Source: Psilocybe cubensis (Eukaryota). From it: a DNA stretch of 64,000 bases. The stretch is taken from contig CM039009.1 of the NCBI GenBank assembly GCA_017499595.2, forward strand, positions 2,046,001 to 2,110,000, read 5' to 3'. Under the pieces are notes generated by a model, which made no database searches, had not been told where the DNA came from, and was given only the letters and a program-made list of their open reading frames with translations. Below are positions 1-13,500 of this stretch, piece after piece (positions within the stretch are counted from its first letter, which is position 1; each line of letters opens with the position of its first letter). Both the position numbers and the translations under genes were made by a program.

Positions 1-132
1 ATTAAAAAGTCCTGAACAGTTCCATCAACTCACCGGGATAAAGCCAGTGGTCATATCTAGTACATAAAAAAAACCAAAACCACCAACACGCTCAGAAAGC
101 AACCCATACAACCACAAATTCAGGTAGAACAC

Positions 133-1638
133 TCACAACTCCAACTGGACATTCACTTCTAACGCTTTCATCTCCAACTGGCGATTCACCGCCCTCCTCA
201 ACGCTTCCCTCCACGGGACCGTAGGCGAATCTTCATCCAAGTCATCCAACTCATATACATCCAAAGCCATACCGAGTCTCAAAACAACCTTGTCCACCCG
301 TTCAAAGCCCGGTCTGCTCAGAAACGCATTCATCCTATCCAGACTGAGCCCCCTGACATATCTCTCCGCCTCATTGACACCATACGAGAGCCCCTTGCGC
401 ATCTCTATCTGCGCCTCGATGCCGATCTCCGACAAGCTCTTAGGGGGCTCATTGTGAGCGAATAAACACTCAAGGATTTCTATCTGCTTGTACGGCATGC
501 GCGTGCCGAGTGTGATGGACCGCAGCCTGGTGAGGTGGGTGTAGCGCAGAGGCAGCACATGGTGCGCTGGCCATATCATCACTTCTGCAATAAAAAAGAG
601 GTCACCCCCAAAAACGAATTAGATAAGGGACCTACTCTAGTGAACACACTCACGAAGTTTATCCCCGTTGTCTACAAATAACTCTTCAAGGAGCGGCGCA
701 TTCAAGAGGAACTCATTGGCCACAACGTTGAACTCCCTCGTGTGGATATACCTATAGTGCAACTTGAGCCGCGTAAGACACGGAAACATCACACCGTCCA
801 GAATTCTCTGGCGCCCAACACCCTGGAAAAGCGCGGTGTGTTCAGCCAGCGTCAAACACAGGTCAGTTTCCAAGGACTCCAACGGACACAGCACATTCTG
901 CCTTTCAGCTTCTTCTTCCTTGACAAACGTATTATCATCCAAATCTGATTCTGCTGCCGCCAGAGCACGATATAACACAAGGTGTCTGATACCGCTTCCC
1001 GAGAGAAATCCGCTCTGTAGTCCATGCACGTTACACAGAAACAGACGATTAACCTTTGACAACTCTGACCGCATCAAATCCCTAATAGATTGCATCACCC
1101 CAGAGGACCGTATCAGCGGATACCGCAAGCTCAAAACAAATGAGCACCTCTCCTGGGTAGAAGTAGTAGATCCGCCAACCTCCTCCTTCTTGTCCTCCAG
1201 CAACACCCTCCGCAAAATGAACCGCAGCTCACTATCCCCAAAAGACCTCTCAACCTCCTCATTCCCCCTCCAATCCCCAATCCTCAGCACAAACTCCCTC
1301 ACAAACCCACACACACCTGGAAAAGCAGTCCCGCTACCCAAATCATCTTCAGCGCGAATCAGCTGTGCAAACGAAGCCATTCTCCTCTCCAAGTCCAAAT
1401 CCTGCCCCGGGACACTAGCGCTGCTCGGATCCACAAGAGTCCCCACATTTAGACCAATGCCGGTGCCAATACGCACAGTCGCGAACCGCGAGACGTTTAC
1501 GCGCATATGGCATCGGCGGGATGTGAGCGCAAGTGCCGAATGGGTTTTCAGTCCAAAATATGGTTGGACAGCTATACCAACAATTTCATCTACAAGTTCG
1601 AGAGGGAGAATAACGGAGTTGGACGCAGAATTCGGCAT
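133..1638 (-). CDS. F-box-like/LRR-like hypothetical protein, 2 exons (1638-654, 584-133)
   Basis: N-terminal 'ILPLELVDEIV' motif is typical of basidiomycete F-box-like families. A GTGAGT...TTGCAG intron joins the two ORFs in frame (KL-Q-VMIW). Paralogous to 2267-3909. Confidence 0.7.
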
Positions 1639-2266
1639 GGGTTTGGGGTATGCAGTCTATCTTAAGACAGTTGAAAGGGTTTGTCATTGCGACAGAGTAC
1701 AAATAGATAGGTATGTATCGTATCGGACGCTGATCAGCGTTGGTTCGCACGCCACTATCAAGCTGATCTGGACTAGCGCCCAAGTAGGAGCGCCATAACG
1801 TAATGATACGGATGTCTTTTATGTGGAGGTGTATCATTTGCTGCTAGTGTTCGTTTATTTGGAGCGCAACAATGATAACATGGCCTTGTACCGTATCATT
1901 TCAAACACTAAGTGTCAAATCATCGAACGAGTGTATAATATGTAGCAGTAGCCATGTTCCCGTCTAGAACTCTTGCACTTTATGTTTCTAGTTTTCATCC
2001 CTTTGACAGGTGGGAAGAATATGAATCAGTTATCATCAGCATATCTAACTAGCTCCCACTATTACGGTGTGCAGGAGCGCGAGTCCATGTTGCGTACCAT
2101 AGAACCCATTGCAAGAGACCCATATATGCTAAACATTAAAACGTTCAAAGTCAACTCCCGCTGCCTCTTTGGGATAAAGCCACTGATCATAACTATAGAA
2201 AAATTAAAAACGCCAACGCGGCGTTTAGCGGGGTGTAAACCATCCAAGCACAAATCGGCAAGGTAC

Positions 2267-3909
2267 TCACAACTCCAAATGAACATTCACATCCAGGTGC
2301 CGGACTTTTCTCTCCAACTGGCGGCCCATCGCATCCCTCACGGTATCCCTCAACGAGATCACAGAGCCCTCGACCAAATCTTCTTTCTCCGGTTGGTATA
2401 CATTCATCGCTATACCAAGTCTCACAACGACCTTTTCCACTCGTTTATACCCAGGTTGGCGCAGAAACACGGCTAGTTTATCTAGCTTGAGCATCTTCAT
2501 ATACCGTACCCCTGCTCTGACGCCATGTGCGAGTCCATTGCGCAGATCTATCGCAGACTCTAAAATAATCTCACTCAAGCTCGGGGGAGGGTCGCCCGCA
2601 CAGAGACTCTCAAAAGTCTCTATCTGCTTGCAGGTTGTTATGTGCAAGCCGAGTGAGAAGGACCGGAGTCTAGAGAGATGGCTATATCTCACTGGAGGCA
2701 ACTCATTACGCTCCAAAGCTGGCAAGTACAAAAGGGCTATAATAAACACAAAGGCAAAAAAAAAAAGAAAAATCAGATATAGACCCTCCCGTCTTGATAT
2801 CCCACACTCACGTAGTTTTTTCATGATATATATATACCCAGCTCTTCGAGGACCGGTGTATTCAACAGCATCTCGTTTGCCCTTCTAATGAATATTTGAG
2901 TGGGGGTCCACAGATCATGCAGTCTCAGCTTCCTAAGACGCGGAAACACAAAGGCTCTTGATAGACCGTGTCCAGCACCAGCACCGGAGTGGAATAGCGC
3001 AGCATGCTCCGCCATTGTAATATGCATGTCAGTTTCCAGGGACTCCAACCGACACACCCCAATCTTCCTTTCTTCATCGTCACAATCCAATGCAGGTGCC
3101 CGTATACCGCCCGAACCTCCAACTGACCTTGGCTTTGCCAACGACACATCCGCCCTGTACAACACAAGGTGCTTGATATTGCTCCGCGCAAGCACGCCCT
3201 TCTGCAGCCCGCAGACATTATACAGAGATATAGTGTCAAGCTGCAAGGAATGAATAAACTGCTTGATTGATTGAAACGCCACAGCGGAAGGGGTGTCCAT
3301 ATACCAAAAGCTCAAAGTAAACGCACATCCTCCGAGACCAACAGGCGTAGCAGTGTCACGGTTACCATTTCCAGGGCCAGAAGACGAATCCCTTGTCGGC
3401 ACCCTCCACAACTTCGCACGCACAAACTTGAAATCAGCGCTTTGCAATACCCAATCAAGCTCTGAATCCACAACGCCCGTCCTCACCACCTCAATCCTCA
3501 GCACAACAGACCGCACATGCGCACAAACCCCAAGCAGCCGCTGACGTCAAGTCCACAGCGCATCTCCCGCCCTAATCAGCTCGGCAAATGCCGACACCCG
3601 CTTCTGGAGGTACCGCATTGTCGTGTCCGTACCGCTCTTGCTCTGCCGCCACGATGACATACCATATCTCCCCAAATACACTGTCGAGAACCTGGCCTTG
3701 TTAGCGAGCATACGGCCCCGGCAGGACGTGAGTGCAATAGCCGATTGCGTCTTCGGTCCATAGCAGGGCTGCACAGCCAAGCCGAAGATCTCATCCACAA
3801 TTTCGAGGGGAAGGACTACAGCCTTGATAGACAGCAACATGGGCGGTGAATCGTGCGAGGCACTGGGGTACATTAATATCATCCGGTGCCGATACCACGA
3901 TAAATTCAC
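2267..3909 (-). pseudogene. Tandem paralogue of the F-box-like gene with an in-frame stop and a frameshift
   Basis: Collinear similarity to 133-1638 (LPLEIVDEI, LESLETD, VEKVVVRLG). In-frame TGA at 3549-3547. A frameshift in the (TA)n run at about 2826-2836 puts the splice donor out of frame. Confidence 0.7.
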
Positions 3910-4439
3910 ACGCCACTACTATGAATGCTAACCAAGTAAATTGGTGATGTTTGCGCCCACTTGAATTTCATGAAAGTTAAGCTTTGTTTTAATGTGATTG
4001 AAAGTTCAATGGATAATGCAAGCGTATACCCTTTCCCGAACACGTTCAACGGCAAGGAATAAATGGCAATTAAACGGTAAATTTAATCTCCGCTCAAAGA
4101 ATCATGCCGGTTGATCGCTGCATCACGCAGCATTTCATATAATTGGCAGAACCATCACAGTATAAAACATATAAAATACAAAAGCCTGACTACCATACTA
4201 GTTTTTCTGATCATGAGGCGGAGATACAATAAATGATATGACCACTCGGCGCCCAACTTCATATTGCCACGCATTTTCAACGGAAAATCGTGTCATAGTC
4301 AAACGTTATACGCGAACGTCAAACGCGAACGTTGAGACTGGCAAGGCATGATTAACGATTCATTTCGTATTCATTTCGCTTTCATATTCGTATTCGACGA
4401 ATTAACAATCAACATGCCCATCACATCCCCGTATTACTT

Positions 4440-7400
4440 ACTTCAAACACCATCCCCCAGCTCCGTCTCCGTCTCCGTCTCCGTCTCCGCATCCATCGTC
4501 ATTATCATTCTCTCATTATTCTCGCTTATTACCCTAACCCCCCACCCCCTCCCCACCCCCCTCACTACCCCCCTTCCTCCCTCCCTCCCTCCCCCGCACT
4601 CCAAACCCTACAACCCCCTCCAAACCCTCTCCCCCTCAAAATCCCACCCTTCATCCCCCCTCCCTCCCCCTCCCCCCCTCCCTCCCCCCCTCCCAACCCC
4701 AACCCCAACCCCACCCTCAACTTCCCCCTCAGCACCCCCCTCACCCCCCCTCCACCCCCCCCTCATCGCCTCCCTCACCACCTTCTCCGCATTCCTCATC
4801 GCTTTCTGCGCCGGGCTCAATCCCGCGCTCGAACCCGAGCTGGAGGAGGAGGGGTTGAGCCCGCAAAGCGCAGCTTCGACGCTCCCTCTGACGAGCCCTA
4901 TCCCAACTGCCCCGCCTTTCCCTTTCCCTTTCCTCTTCCCACCACCATAAAAAACGATCTCCTCCGACCCAGACCGAGACCCAGACCCAGACCCAGACCC
5001 AGACCCAGACCCACCCTCAACCGGTACAACCCGCACCTTCTCCTCCATCTCGATCCCCACACCCCTCAACCTCTCCAAAAGCGGTGCGTAGATCCCCTTA
5101 TACGTCGGTCTAAGTACACCGTTGTAGGACGTGTATAGTGGTTTCGCCCCTCCCCCTCCGCCTCCCCCTAAACCACCTCCCCCTCCGAAACCACCAACAC
5201 CCAAAACCATCATCCCCGCCAGCGCCACAGGCAACCCCACCGTCCTTGCCATCGCACTCGCAGGCCTCAACCCTGGAGCGCCGATATGCCAATCATGCAC
5301 GGCGTGGTGGACGAGTGTCGACGTGTGTATTTCTAGTGGTTGTTGTTGTTGTTGTTGTTGTTGTTGTTGGAGTTGTTGAGTTTCGGTTCCGCTATCACCC
5401 AAGTTGCTCGTATTCGTATTCGCCGCACCCGCACCCGCACCCGCACCCGCACCCGCACCCGCACCCGCACCCCCAGCCCGCACAACAACCTCATGCGCCA
5501 GCACAACCATATCCCTTTCCCCCTTCTCATACCTCAACTTGGCCGCCAACAGGAAAGCGAACATGTCAAGTGGCGTGAGGGTTCCTTTCGGTACGGGGGG
5601 CATTGCTGCTGCGCTTAGGCTTAGTTCCCCGGTTGGATTACCATTTCCGGATGAAGTTGCTGGGCCTGGGATGAAGATAGAGATGAGTTTTGAAAGTGAA
5701 GGTGAAGGAAGACAAAGACGAAAGACAAGAAGGACGTAGCACGCACCGCCAACCCCAGGCTCAACAAGCCCCAACCACTCCAACGCATCTCTCAACTCAT
5801 CCACCCTCTCCGGATCCACAACCGGCTCCTCTGCTCCCTCTCCCTCCTCTGCTCCCTCTCCTTCTCCCTCTCCTGCTCCTCCTTTCTTGCCCTTGCCCGG
5901 TTTATAACCGGACGACGCAGAACCATAAGAAAGCAAAGAAGCAAGCGAAATATCCCTCCCCCTCCTCTCGCGCACAATGTTCAAAGATTCGGGTACGAGC
6001 TCGCGCCATGATGAGATTGAGATGCGCGATGTATTCTCGAGCAGGCCCAGAGCGGCAAACGACGACATCAACGACGAAAATCCCGGATGTCTGCGTTGTC
6101 CAAAACATCAAAGCCAAGCGCGTTAGAGTGTGCGTGTGCGTGTGATGCAAACCACAAAACAAACAAACAAACAAACAAAAACGCACCTCAAAGTCCCCCT
6201 AAGACAAGTCCTCAACCCACCCCCCACATCCGGCGTATTAAGCCTATAATGCTTGCGATACGCTAGACTATCTCTATTGGGCAATCCTTCAAGCTTAAAG
6301 GAGGGCGTGATGGGGATGTCTGGCCAGTAGTTTGATAAGAGGCGGGAGCCCGGGATATTGTGGACCTACAAGTCCAAATAATAAGCACACATCAACACAA
6401 AATAACAATAAAATACAAAAAAAAGAGAGAAAGAAACCCCTCACCTTCCCCGCAAGCAAATACACCGCCCCATTCAAAGCAGCACTCAACACACCCTGCG
6501 GCCTCCAACTAAACTTATACCCCAACGGCACCCTCCGCGCCTCCTCCGGCATCGGAATCCCCCCGCAAAAGGACGTGAAGGAAAGAATGTGCTTTTGCTG
6601 GCGTTTGAAGTTGTCGAGGAGGGATGTTGCAGAGATGTGGTCGATGCCTGGGTCGAGGCCTGTTTCGGTTAGGAAGAGGAGGCCTTTGGAGGAGGCGCTG
6701 TGGGTGGGAGGGAGGGTGAGTGGGTTGGGTGGGTGGGTTGGGTGGGGTGGAAGGGTGAGGGGAGGGAGGGTGGGGTGAGTATATGCGCGGGAATATAAAA
6801 TGTAAAACACCTACCGCTCATGCAACTTTGCCATCTCATCCGACATATACGACGCGGTGACCAAATGGGTATTACCATCCAAACACGCCTCTGCAATCGG
6901 CACGTGGAAGTTGACGGGGAGCAGGCTGTCCATACCATCATCAGTGTCGTCCATAAAACAAAACAAAATAAAATAGAATAGAATAAATAAAACAAGGATA
7001 GAAAAGCGGACCTAATGACGACATCGGCATCCGCAACGAGCTTCGCATACGTCCTCCTATCCGCCGCGTTGATAATCCGATACGCAACATGCTGATGCGG
7101 TCCCACAAGCCTCTCCAATTCAATCGCCGAGTCTCCCGCTATCCCAAGTTAAAAGTTAACACTAAGTCAAAAAAAGTAAAATAAAATAAAACACACCAAC
7201 GACCAAATCAATCTCTGGATTCTGCGCGACAATGTCGACAGCGGGGGCAGCAACCATGCCACTACCAAGAATCAACATCCTCTTCTTCTTCAACACCCTC
7301 GTCTCCTTCCTCTGCCCCTTCTCCACCTTCACCGCCACCTCCTTCCCCTCCCCACCAACCCCCCTCCTCTCCCTCGCAATCCCCTCCCACGCCCGATCAA

Positions 7401-9225
7401 CTCCCGCACCCAACCACCTATGCCTCTCCCCCAACCTCCCTCCCTCCGCCACAACAGCACCCCTCAACACCCCCGGCACATCCCCTTTCACACCCGCATG
7501 GAACGCTACGAGCTCGCGCAGCCTCCCAGCGCCCAGTAACGCCTGCGAGAAGTGCACCGACGCGTCGAGCGGGATGGTAGCTGGGAGAATGTCCACTGCC
7601 ATCATTCGTACTTTTGCCTTTGTCGTTCCCGTACCCCCACCCATCCCCCCATTTCCTCCCGCACCCGCACCCACCCCCGCACCGAACCCCCCACCAACAT
7701 CCACCCCAACATCCACACAAGGCTCCGAAACCGTCGTCGCCCTCGGCAAAAACTCAAGCCCCCCATTCACATCACAGCTAATATCACCCACACACATCGC
7801 CCTCGCTCCACCAATATACTGCGCCGTGTTCAGCGCCACCGCAAGCTGCTTCGTTTCCATTAGCCGTGGGAAGCCCGGTGCCCAGCCGGCGCCGTTCAGG
7901 AGTAGCGTTAAATAGGGTGCGACCTGGGAAGTTGTATGATTAGTTTAGTTTAGCTTTTGGGAAAGGGAAAGGGAAAGGGAAAGGGAGATACGCACCCGTT
8001 CAAAAAACACAGATTTATACGACGCAGGCGACCTATAATACCTCTCCCTCTCATACTTGCCTCCCTCAAGCGTAAACAGATAATCCTCCGGTTTCGCATG
8101 GACAACATAAATCTTTCTCAGATCCACCTCCGACGAGCCTGGTCGAGTCAAATCCGAATCATACCCATCGTCAAATCCGAACCATACCCATCGTCAATAA
8201 AAGCGCAATACACGTAGGGAAAAGACACATACGCGCACGCACAATCAACCCAGGCAGCTCCTCCACACTCACCATCTCCACAGGCAGCTCGGAAAGCATC
8301 GACAGGCACCCTTGTGCAACCTGGCCCGTCCTGTTCGCAAAAAATCAAAAAAGGGTCAGCGTGAGTTAAATGCGTCAGTTAATTCAGTCAGCGTGTTAAG
8401 TAAATGTGTCTGCCCGTTCCTCCTCATCGACATCCATCCATCTCGTCTAACAATCCATCCGTCCATCCTTCCGTCCATCCATCCCGTCTAACCAAACAAC
8501 CATCCCGTCCATCCCGTCCATCTCTCCTGTCCCGTCCATCCGTACCTCCGTCCATCCATCCCCCCCACCGCCACCTCTCCCCTCCACACACACACACATC
8601 TCATCTCCCCACACACCGCCACCTCTTCCCTCCACACACACCTCTCTTCCGCCCCACACAGCCGTCTCTCTCCCCCCCCCCAAAAAAAAAAAAAACCCAA
8701 CATCCCAAAAACCCACAACCCTCAACCCCCGCCTCCAACATCCCACAACCCTCTACAACGCAAACGCAAACGCAAACGCAAAAGCCCCAAAAACTCAAAA
8801 AAACCAAAAAATCCAACCCTCAACCCCCCCCCCCCCCTCCAAAAACCAAAACCAAACCAAAAAAAAACCCACCCAGTAACCCCAAAAACAAAAGGCCCCA
8901 ACACCCCGGGCGTCCCTCCCTCCCTAACAAGCCTCCCAATCTCGCGGAGCGACGCGCGGAGGTGGGATAGAGACGGGAGGGTGTGTGGGCGGGGTGTGTA
9001 CTGTTTTTCGTTTTTGTTGTTGGTTGGGGTTTGGGGGAGGGGGGAGGGGAAGGGAAGGGGGAAAGGGGAAGGGGAAGGGGGTCGTCGTCGTCGTCGTCGT
9101 CGTCGGTTGTTGTTGGTTGGGGTGGTTTGGGGCGAAGGCGGAAAGGGCGAAGGCGGAAGGGGCGAAGGGGCGAAGGTGGTGATGGTGGTGATGGTGGTTT
9201 GTCGTGGGTTTGTCGTGGTGGTGAT

Positions 9226-9264
<39 letters not shown>

Positions 9265-12200
9265 GTGCGGGGTGGTGGCGGTGATGGTGATGATAGTGTG
9301 GTAAGGTGCGCGCGGTCGTGGAGTGAGCGGTAAGATTCATTTCGGCCGGTTGGTCGTCGTCGTGTTGATGTTGGTGGTGGTGGTTGGTGGTTGGTGGTTG
9401 GTGTTGTCGTTGGCGTGGGGTGATTTGCGTTGGCGGTGGTGGTCGTGTTGGTGTTGGTGGCACGGCGGTAAAGATTACATTCAATGTACCAAATCAAACA
9501 AATCAAGTACAATCGGAACGTCGGGCGCATCAAGTGTTCCGTGTTCCGTGTTCCGTGTTATCGTAGTCGTAGTTGCGATCGAAGCGAGCAGGACGGACAC
9601 AAGTCGAACACAAGTCGGGCGAACGTCGAGGCGAAAGACAACGGAGAGAAAGGCAAAGCCGACCCAAAAGTGAAAAGTGAAAGAAGGCAAAGTTCAAGGG
9701 TACAATAAGAGCGGTGCAGATGCAGAGTGTATGTGTATCCCCGTATTACACAGCGAACAGCGAACAGCGAGACAGCAAGACAGCGAAACAAGGAAGCACA
9801 AGGACCAAGGACCGCCGACAACGACAATGACAAGAACAGAACAGCCGACAACGACATTAACGACATTAACGACAACGACAAGCGCGACAACGACAAGCGC
9901 GACGACGACGAACCCAAGAAAAACCATGGAAAAGGGGGGAGGGAAGAAATCAAATGAAATCGTCAGAAAAACTGCCCACAAAAAAGAGAGAGAAAGAGAG
10001 AAGAAACGCACCAAAAACGGCGATGCGATCCCCAGCTCCAAATGCATCTGCGCCATCGCAGAGAGCGACTCGAGGACACCTGCGACTACATTTATTATAA
10101 AAAATCCCGTTCAGTTAGTCAGTTAGTTAGTTATTTAGGTATTCAGGTACATGATAAAACCCAAAACCCCCAAAATCTCAACCCCCCTCCAAAAAAAACG
10201 AAAAGACAAGGAAAGAAAAAAACCAAAAGACGAAGAACTCACCACCCGCAAACCACCCAAACCCAACACTCCTCTTCCCATCCTCACCTCTAATAAGCTC
10301 ATAATCAATCAGACGCGGGTATCCGCCTTGCATCCCCATTCCCATAGCCCCTTGCATCCCCATAGCCCCTTGTACCCCCATCCCTAACCCATCCATCCCT
10401 AACCCAGCAGAACTCAAAGAAGAAGACGAAGGCGCGACATAGCGCGCAAGCAGCGGCATATTATACTCCTGCCCTTTAATCGTATGCGAGAACATCAGAT
10501 GCGTTTCGTGTGCTCGTGCGGTTCTCTCTCCTCCTCCCATTGCCACTCCCTGTTTCTCTCCCGGTCCCTGGTTATAGTTACCACCACCAGACACCTGCCC
10601 CTGCCCATGCCCATAATTAAACCCCACAGACGACGCGAGCGGGCGCGTAAGCGCGCGCGGGCCAATGGGCGGTTCTTTGATGCCGAGGATTATATCGGGG
10701 TCTGTGAGTGCTGGGACGATCGTTGCGCCTGCCTGTGTTCGTGTGTGCGTGTGCGTGTGTGCGTGGGCGTGTGTGGGCGTGTGTTTTGGGGTGGGTTGGC
10801 GTGTGTGGGTGTGTGTACAAGGAAAGGAGGAAGGGTGAGGGTGAGAGGGAAGACAGGGAAGACAGGGAAACAAGGGATACAGGGAAGAGAGGGAAAAGGG
10901 AAGAAAATTAGTCAGTACACCGTGTATTTCATAATATAAGGAATGAACAAGAATATGAATATGAGTAGAAATACGAATGCCAGTTTAGAACGAGAGCGCG
11001 AGCGAGAACGAGAATACGAACGACAACGACAACGAGAATAGGAATGCGAACGAAAATGCGAATAAAAGAAAGAAAATCAAAGTAATGGCGATAGCGAGAA
11101 CCAGAACCAGAACCAAATCCAAATCCAGGAATATGACTAGGACTACGAACAACGACCGCGCGAACACGAACGTAGACGCAAATCCCTGGACAAGGACCAG
11201 GACAAGGACACCCCGCACGATCCAGCCGCGCAATCCAGACAGCACACCAGCAGACCAGCGCGTCCGCAGTATAACGCCGTCGTTCCACAGCACGGCGCAC
11301 TGCGACGCGACGTGACGCGAATGCGAACGCACAGAGCCGAACCGCACACAGACGCGTGTCGCGTCCAAGCATCCATGCGTCCATGCGTCCATGCGTCCAA
11401 GGCAGCACCAGCACCAGCATCCAAATACACCAGCACCAGGACCAGCAAACGCCCGAACCCGACCCCGCCCCGACCTCGACCTCGAACAGAACCAGCCAAC
11501 ACCATCCCACAATACACGACACACAACACAATGTACAATGTACAATGTACAACGTCCAATGCACAACTCATCAAACGCGCGGTATCATGATACCACGCAC
11601 AACAAGCGACTTGTTGGTATCAACGTCTAGCGTCGAGCAGGACCATACAGAATGCAGAGACACCCTCTCCACGGAATCACAAAACCCCCACATAGCCGTT
11701 AAACAGCCAAACCAAAGAGAAGAAAAAAAGAAACCTCGCAAAACCTCCCCCCTCCCCCTCCCCCCCAAGAAAACACCCCAAACCACCAAACAAAAAGACC
11801 CCAGGGCACACCAAACCACCAAAAAATCCATAAAACAAAAGAAAGAAACAAAAAAAAAAATGAAAGAAAAAAAAAGCGCAAGACAAAAAAACAAACAAGA
11901 AAAACCCCAACAAAAACCACACTCACCATCCTATACTCCCCATCCTCAAAGATCCTCTTCGCCGAACTCTCCACCTCCACCTCGACTCTCACACCCAACG
12001 CACCCAGATTCACATTCCCATCCTCTCCTTCCGCACTGTTCACGCCGGGATACGCGTTGGCGGACTCGGAGATGAGCGCGTGGACGTCGGCTGGTGTGAG
12101 TGGTGCGCGGCGTTCCCAGACGCGGGAGGGGTCTTCGGCGCTGTGTTGTGGTGTGTTGGGTGTGGGTTTGAGTAGAGAGGGGTCGTCGTTGGGTGTGTGC

Positions 12201-13500
12201 AAAGCGAGCAAGGCACCGGAAGGGGGAAGCCAAGATGGAAGGTGGAGGGGAAAGAGAAGAGTCAGCGACCGTTCATTGTAGTACGCAAAGTAAAGCCAAC
12301 AGAAAAAGGAAAGCAAAACGAAAATACAAAAGCGAAATTCAGTCCAGGTAGGCGTCGGAAAGTAAAGAAAAAGGAAGCCTAAACCGCGAAAAGAACATAC
12401 AAAAATACAGCGAAAAGAATACACGAAAACCACAAAAAGAACACGCGAAAACACAACGCACCGAATCCCAATCTTCACAGACCTCCTTGCACCCGAGCTC
12501 GCTCGCCCGACACCTATACCATGTAGCGCATGCAGCTTTGGCGTCTTTCGCATCTCGTCTTCTCTTCTTCTTCTTCTTCTTCGTTTATGTCTTCGCTTGA
12601 ATGTATGTCTTCAGCCAAGTCGCTGGATCAGCGTGCTTGTCGTATCGTCGATACAAATGTCGTTGTCCTCCGCGTCGTCTGCTAGCGCTAGCGGTGCTTT
12701 AAATAAACACTGATAGACAGCCTTCTCCCCGTCGTCGTGTGTGCTCGTGTGTCTTCTCGCGGGCTCGAAATTAGAAACTCGACACTCGACACTCGAAAAG
12801 TAAGCAGGAAGAGGCAGAGAGCTTATTTGAAAGAGCTTATTCTTCTTCCCCACTCCTGGACCTGACCCGGATCTCGGAAGCGTGAATTCTTGAATTGATA
12901 TACGGGGTATCCCCTTCCTCCTCTCGTCTCGTCACGTCTCTTGGTCCCGTGTTCGCTCGTTGTGTAATTCGGCGCGTCGGTCGCGTAGTGCAGGTGGAGT
13001 AGAGTCGATGTTGTGCAGTACAAATGAAACACTCTTCACGTCGAATTGCGTCCCGCTCAGGTTCACTTCAAAGCAAAGCAAAGCACCCCGGCAATTTGAT
13101 GATAATGGTAGATAGGCAACCCGCAGCGTGCAGCGTGCAACGTGCAACGTGCAACAACAACGATACCGATACCGATACGGGATACGGATAACGTACAACG
13201 ATAACGTGCAACACGCAACGTGGAATGTTCAGCGGAGCTTGAGCTTGAGCCTACTTGAGCTTTCGTCCCTCGTGCCCTGGCCCCTTGACTCTTGACTCTT
13301 GACTCTCTTAACCAATCTTAACCCAAGACCCGTCCCCGTCAAAAAAACAATCGACAAATTGAGATACGGATACGAGAGAACGAAGAACAGAAACAGACCA
13401 CGAAGATCCGAGCCGAGCAGCGCGGAATACGGACACCGATACTATAACAGGCAACGGCGCGTCGCGTCTCTGGGGTTTTCGAAACTTCGGGGCAGGTGGG
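4440..13500. repeat. Extended microsatellite/low-complexity domain covering the AASS-like gene
   Basis: Visible arrays include (CTCCGT)n 4460, (AGACCC)n 4970, (TTG)n 5340, (GCACCC)n 5425, (GTC)n 9081, (GTTGTC)n 9225 and (AATGTAC)n 11530, plus homopolymer runs. Confidence 0.9.
4608..12553 (-). CDS. AASS: Bifunctional lysine-ketoglutarate reductase/saccharopine dehydrogenase (alpha-aminoadipic semialdehyde synthase-like), multi-exon, with many low-complexity insertions
   Basis: Spliced motifs occur in the expected order: IGIR-AEDPSRVWERRAPLTP, DIILGIKEPP, HLMFSHTIKGQEYNMPLL, LIDYEL, FGWFAG-VAG, GDISCDVNGGLEF, MAVDILPATIPLDAS, LILGSGMVA, ETGLDPGIDH, SFTSFCGG, YKFSWRPQGVL, AMARTVGLPVA. GT-AG introns include 12461-12141, 11926-10733, 10011-9001 and 8872-8331. 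Confidence 0.85.

Noticed and set aside
3547-3549. Stop-codon read-through or selenocysteine at the in-frame TGA
   Set aside because: A second lesion (frameshift) in the same gene makes pseudogenisation the simpler explanation, and no SECIS-like support is visible.
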